Shown here: one piece after another, positions 35,977 through 36,540 of the stretch | How the letters are laid out: each line of letters starts with the position of its first letter | Position numbering within the stretch: position 1 is the stretch's first letter | DNA from: a virus | Lineage: Duplodnaviria; Heunggongvirae; Uroviricota; Caudoviricetes | Length of the DNA: 36,540 nucleotides | Virus record (IMG/VR): IMGVR_UViG_2874920711_000014 | Direction: 5' to 3' (one strand) | The notes under the pieces: model-generated | Databases searched by the model: none | Told to the model about the DNA's origin: nothing | The model's input: only the letters and a program-made list of their open reading frames with translations | Position numbers and translations under genes: made by a program

Positions 35977-36540
35977 GTGGAAATTAAAAAAATCATTAAT
36001 CCCCGTTATACCGAAAGTGGCGCAGTAGACTGTGACGTTTTTTTTGACGACAGGGACCAGGCAGTCCCCTACACAGCCACCGCTGATGATGTCGCTTCGA
36101 CGGGTCAGCAAATCTGGCAGGAACTGCAAAGCGGCAAATGGGGTGAGATAGCCCCATTCACTGTGACACCAGAAATGCTGGAAGCGGCCAGAGAGGCCAG
36201 ACGTCAGGGAATTGAAGCATGGCGCACAGAACAGGAGGCGAAGCCGTTCACGTTTGAATGGAACGGTCGTATCTGGAATGCTGGCCCCAACTCACTGGGC
36301 CGCCTTTATCCGGTGGTAATGGCTGCGAAATCCGACATTGTACGGGACGTGATGACGTGGGGTGATGCCGATAATCAGCAGGTGAAACTGTCGATGCCGG
36401 AACTGGAAGAACTGGCGGCAGCAATGGCTCAGGCACAGGTTGAGCGCAATGACGAGATTTATCGCCGTCAGCGGGAGCTGAAGGAAGAGCTGAATAGTCT
36501 GAAGGATTTGAATTCGGTTAGGAATTTTATCGTGGAATAA
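35977..36540 (+). CDS. Hypothetical protein downstream of the second fibre cassette (possible non-canonical chaperone)
   Basis: GTG at ~35977 with Shine-Dalgarno tgaggaa; ...WNGRIWNAGPNSLGRLYPVVMAAKSDIV... ending ...EIYRRQRELKEELNSLKDLNSVRNFIVE. Lacks the C-terminal WP motif of the Tfa at 34134. Confidence 0.3.
   Translation: MEIKKIINPRYTESGAVDCDVFFDDRDQAVPYTATADDVASTGQQIWQELQSGKWGEIAPFTVTPEMLEAAREARRQGIEAWRTEQEAKPFTFEWNGRIWNAGPNSLGRLYPVVMAAKSDIVRDVMTWGDADNQQVKLSMPELEELAAAMAQAQVERNDEIYRRQRELKEELNSLKDLNSVRNFIVE

Noticed and set aside
33272-36540. Gin/Pin-type invertible tail-fibre segment (alternative fibre C-termini plus chaperones)
   Set aside because: Both fibre and chaperone sets are on the plus strand, not in opposed orientation. 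No invertase gene is in the window and I found no inverted crossover sites flanking 34680-34740.

Overview
This 36.5-kb window looks like a heavily decayed myovirus-type prophage in an Escherichia/Shigella-like genome, saturated with insertion sequences; I found no convincing novel system. Phage content: a truncated tyrosine integrase at the left edge, YdaU/DnaC-like replication genes on the minus strand, then a plus-strand late module (N-truncated terminase large subunit, portal, Mu-F-like head morphogenesis, putative capsid, sheath, Mu gp44-48-like baseplate genes, a P2/Mu-type tail fibre with Tfa chaperone, and a second Stf-like fibre cassette). I count 13 IS copies or fragments from 8 groups: IS630 x2, IS2 x2, IS30 x3, IS600-like x3 (one fused to IS911 sequence), an IS5-family ~0.9-kb element, a partial IS66-family element and an IS110-family element. 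Together they cover roughly 16 kb (~45%), several nested inside each other. Nearly every phage gene and four IS copies carry -1 frameshifts at homopolymer runs; I suspect many are sequencing errors rather than biology. No CRISPR array, tRNA or rRNA was seen. The most checkable leads are the IS30 insertions at one identical site in three IS3-family copies, the IS110-family element (with a possible bridge-RNA region) splitting the tail-fibre gene, and the unexplained cassette at 34.7-36.5 kb. Coordinates come from the ORF track plus manual counting; IS ends and target-site duplications (TSDs) may be off by 1-2 bp. IS and protein family names are from memory, not from a database search.
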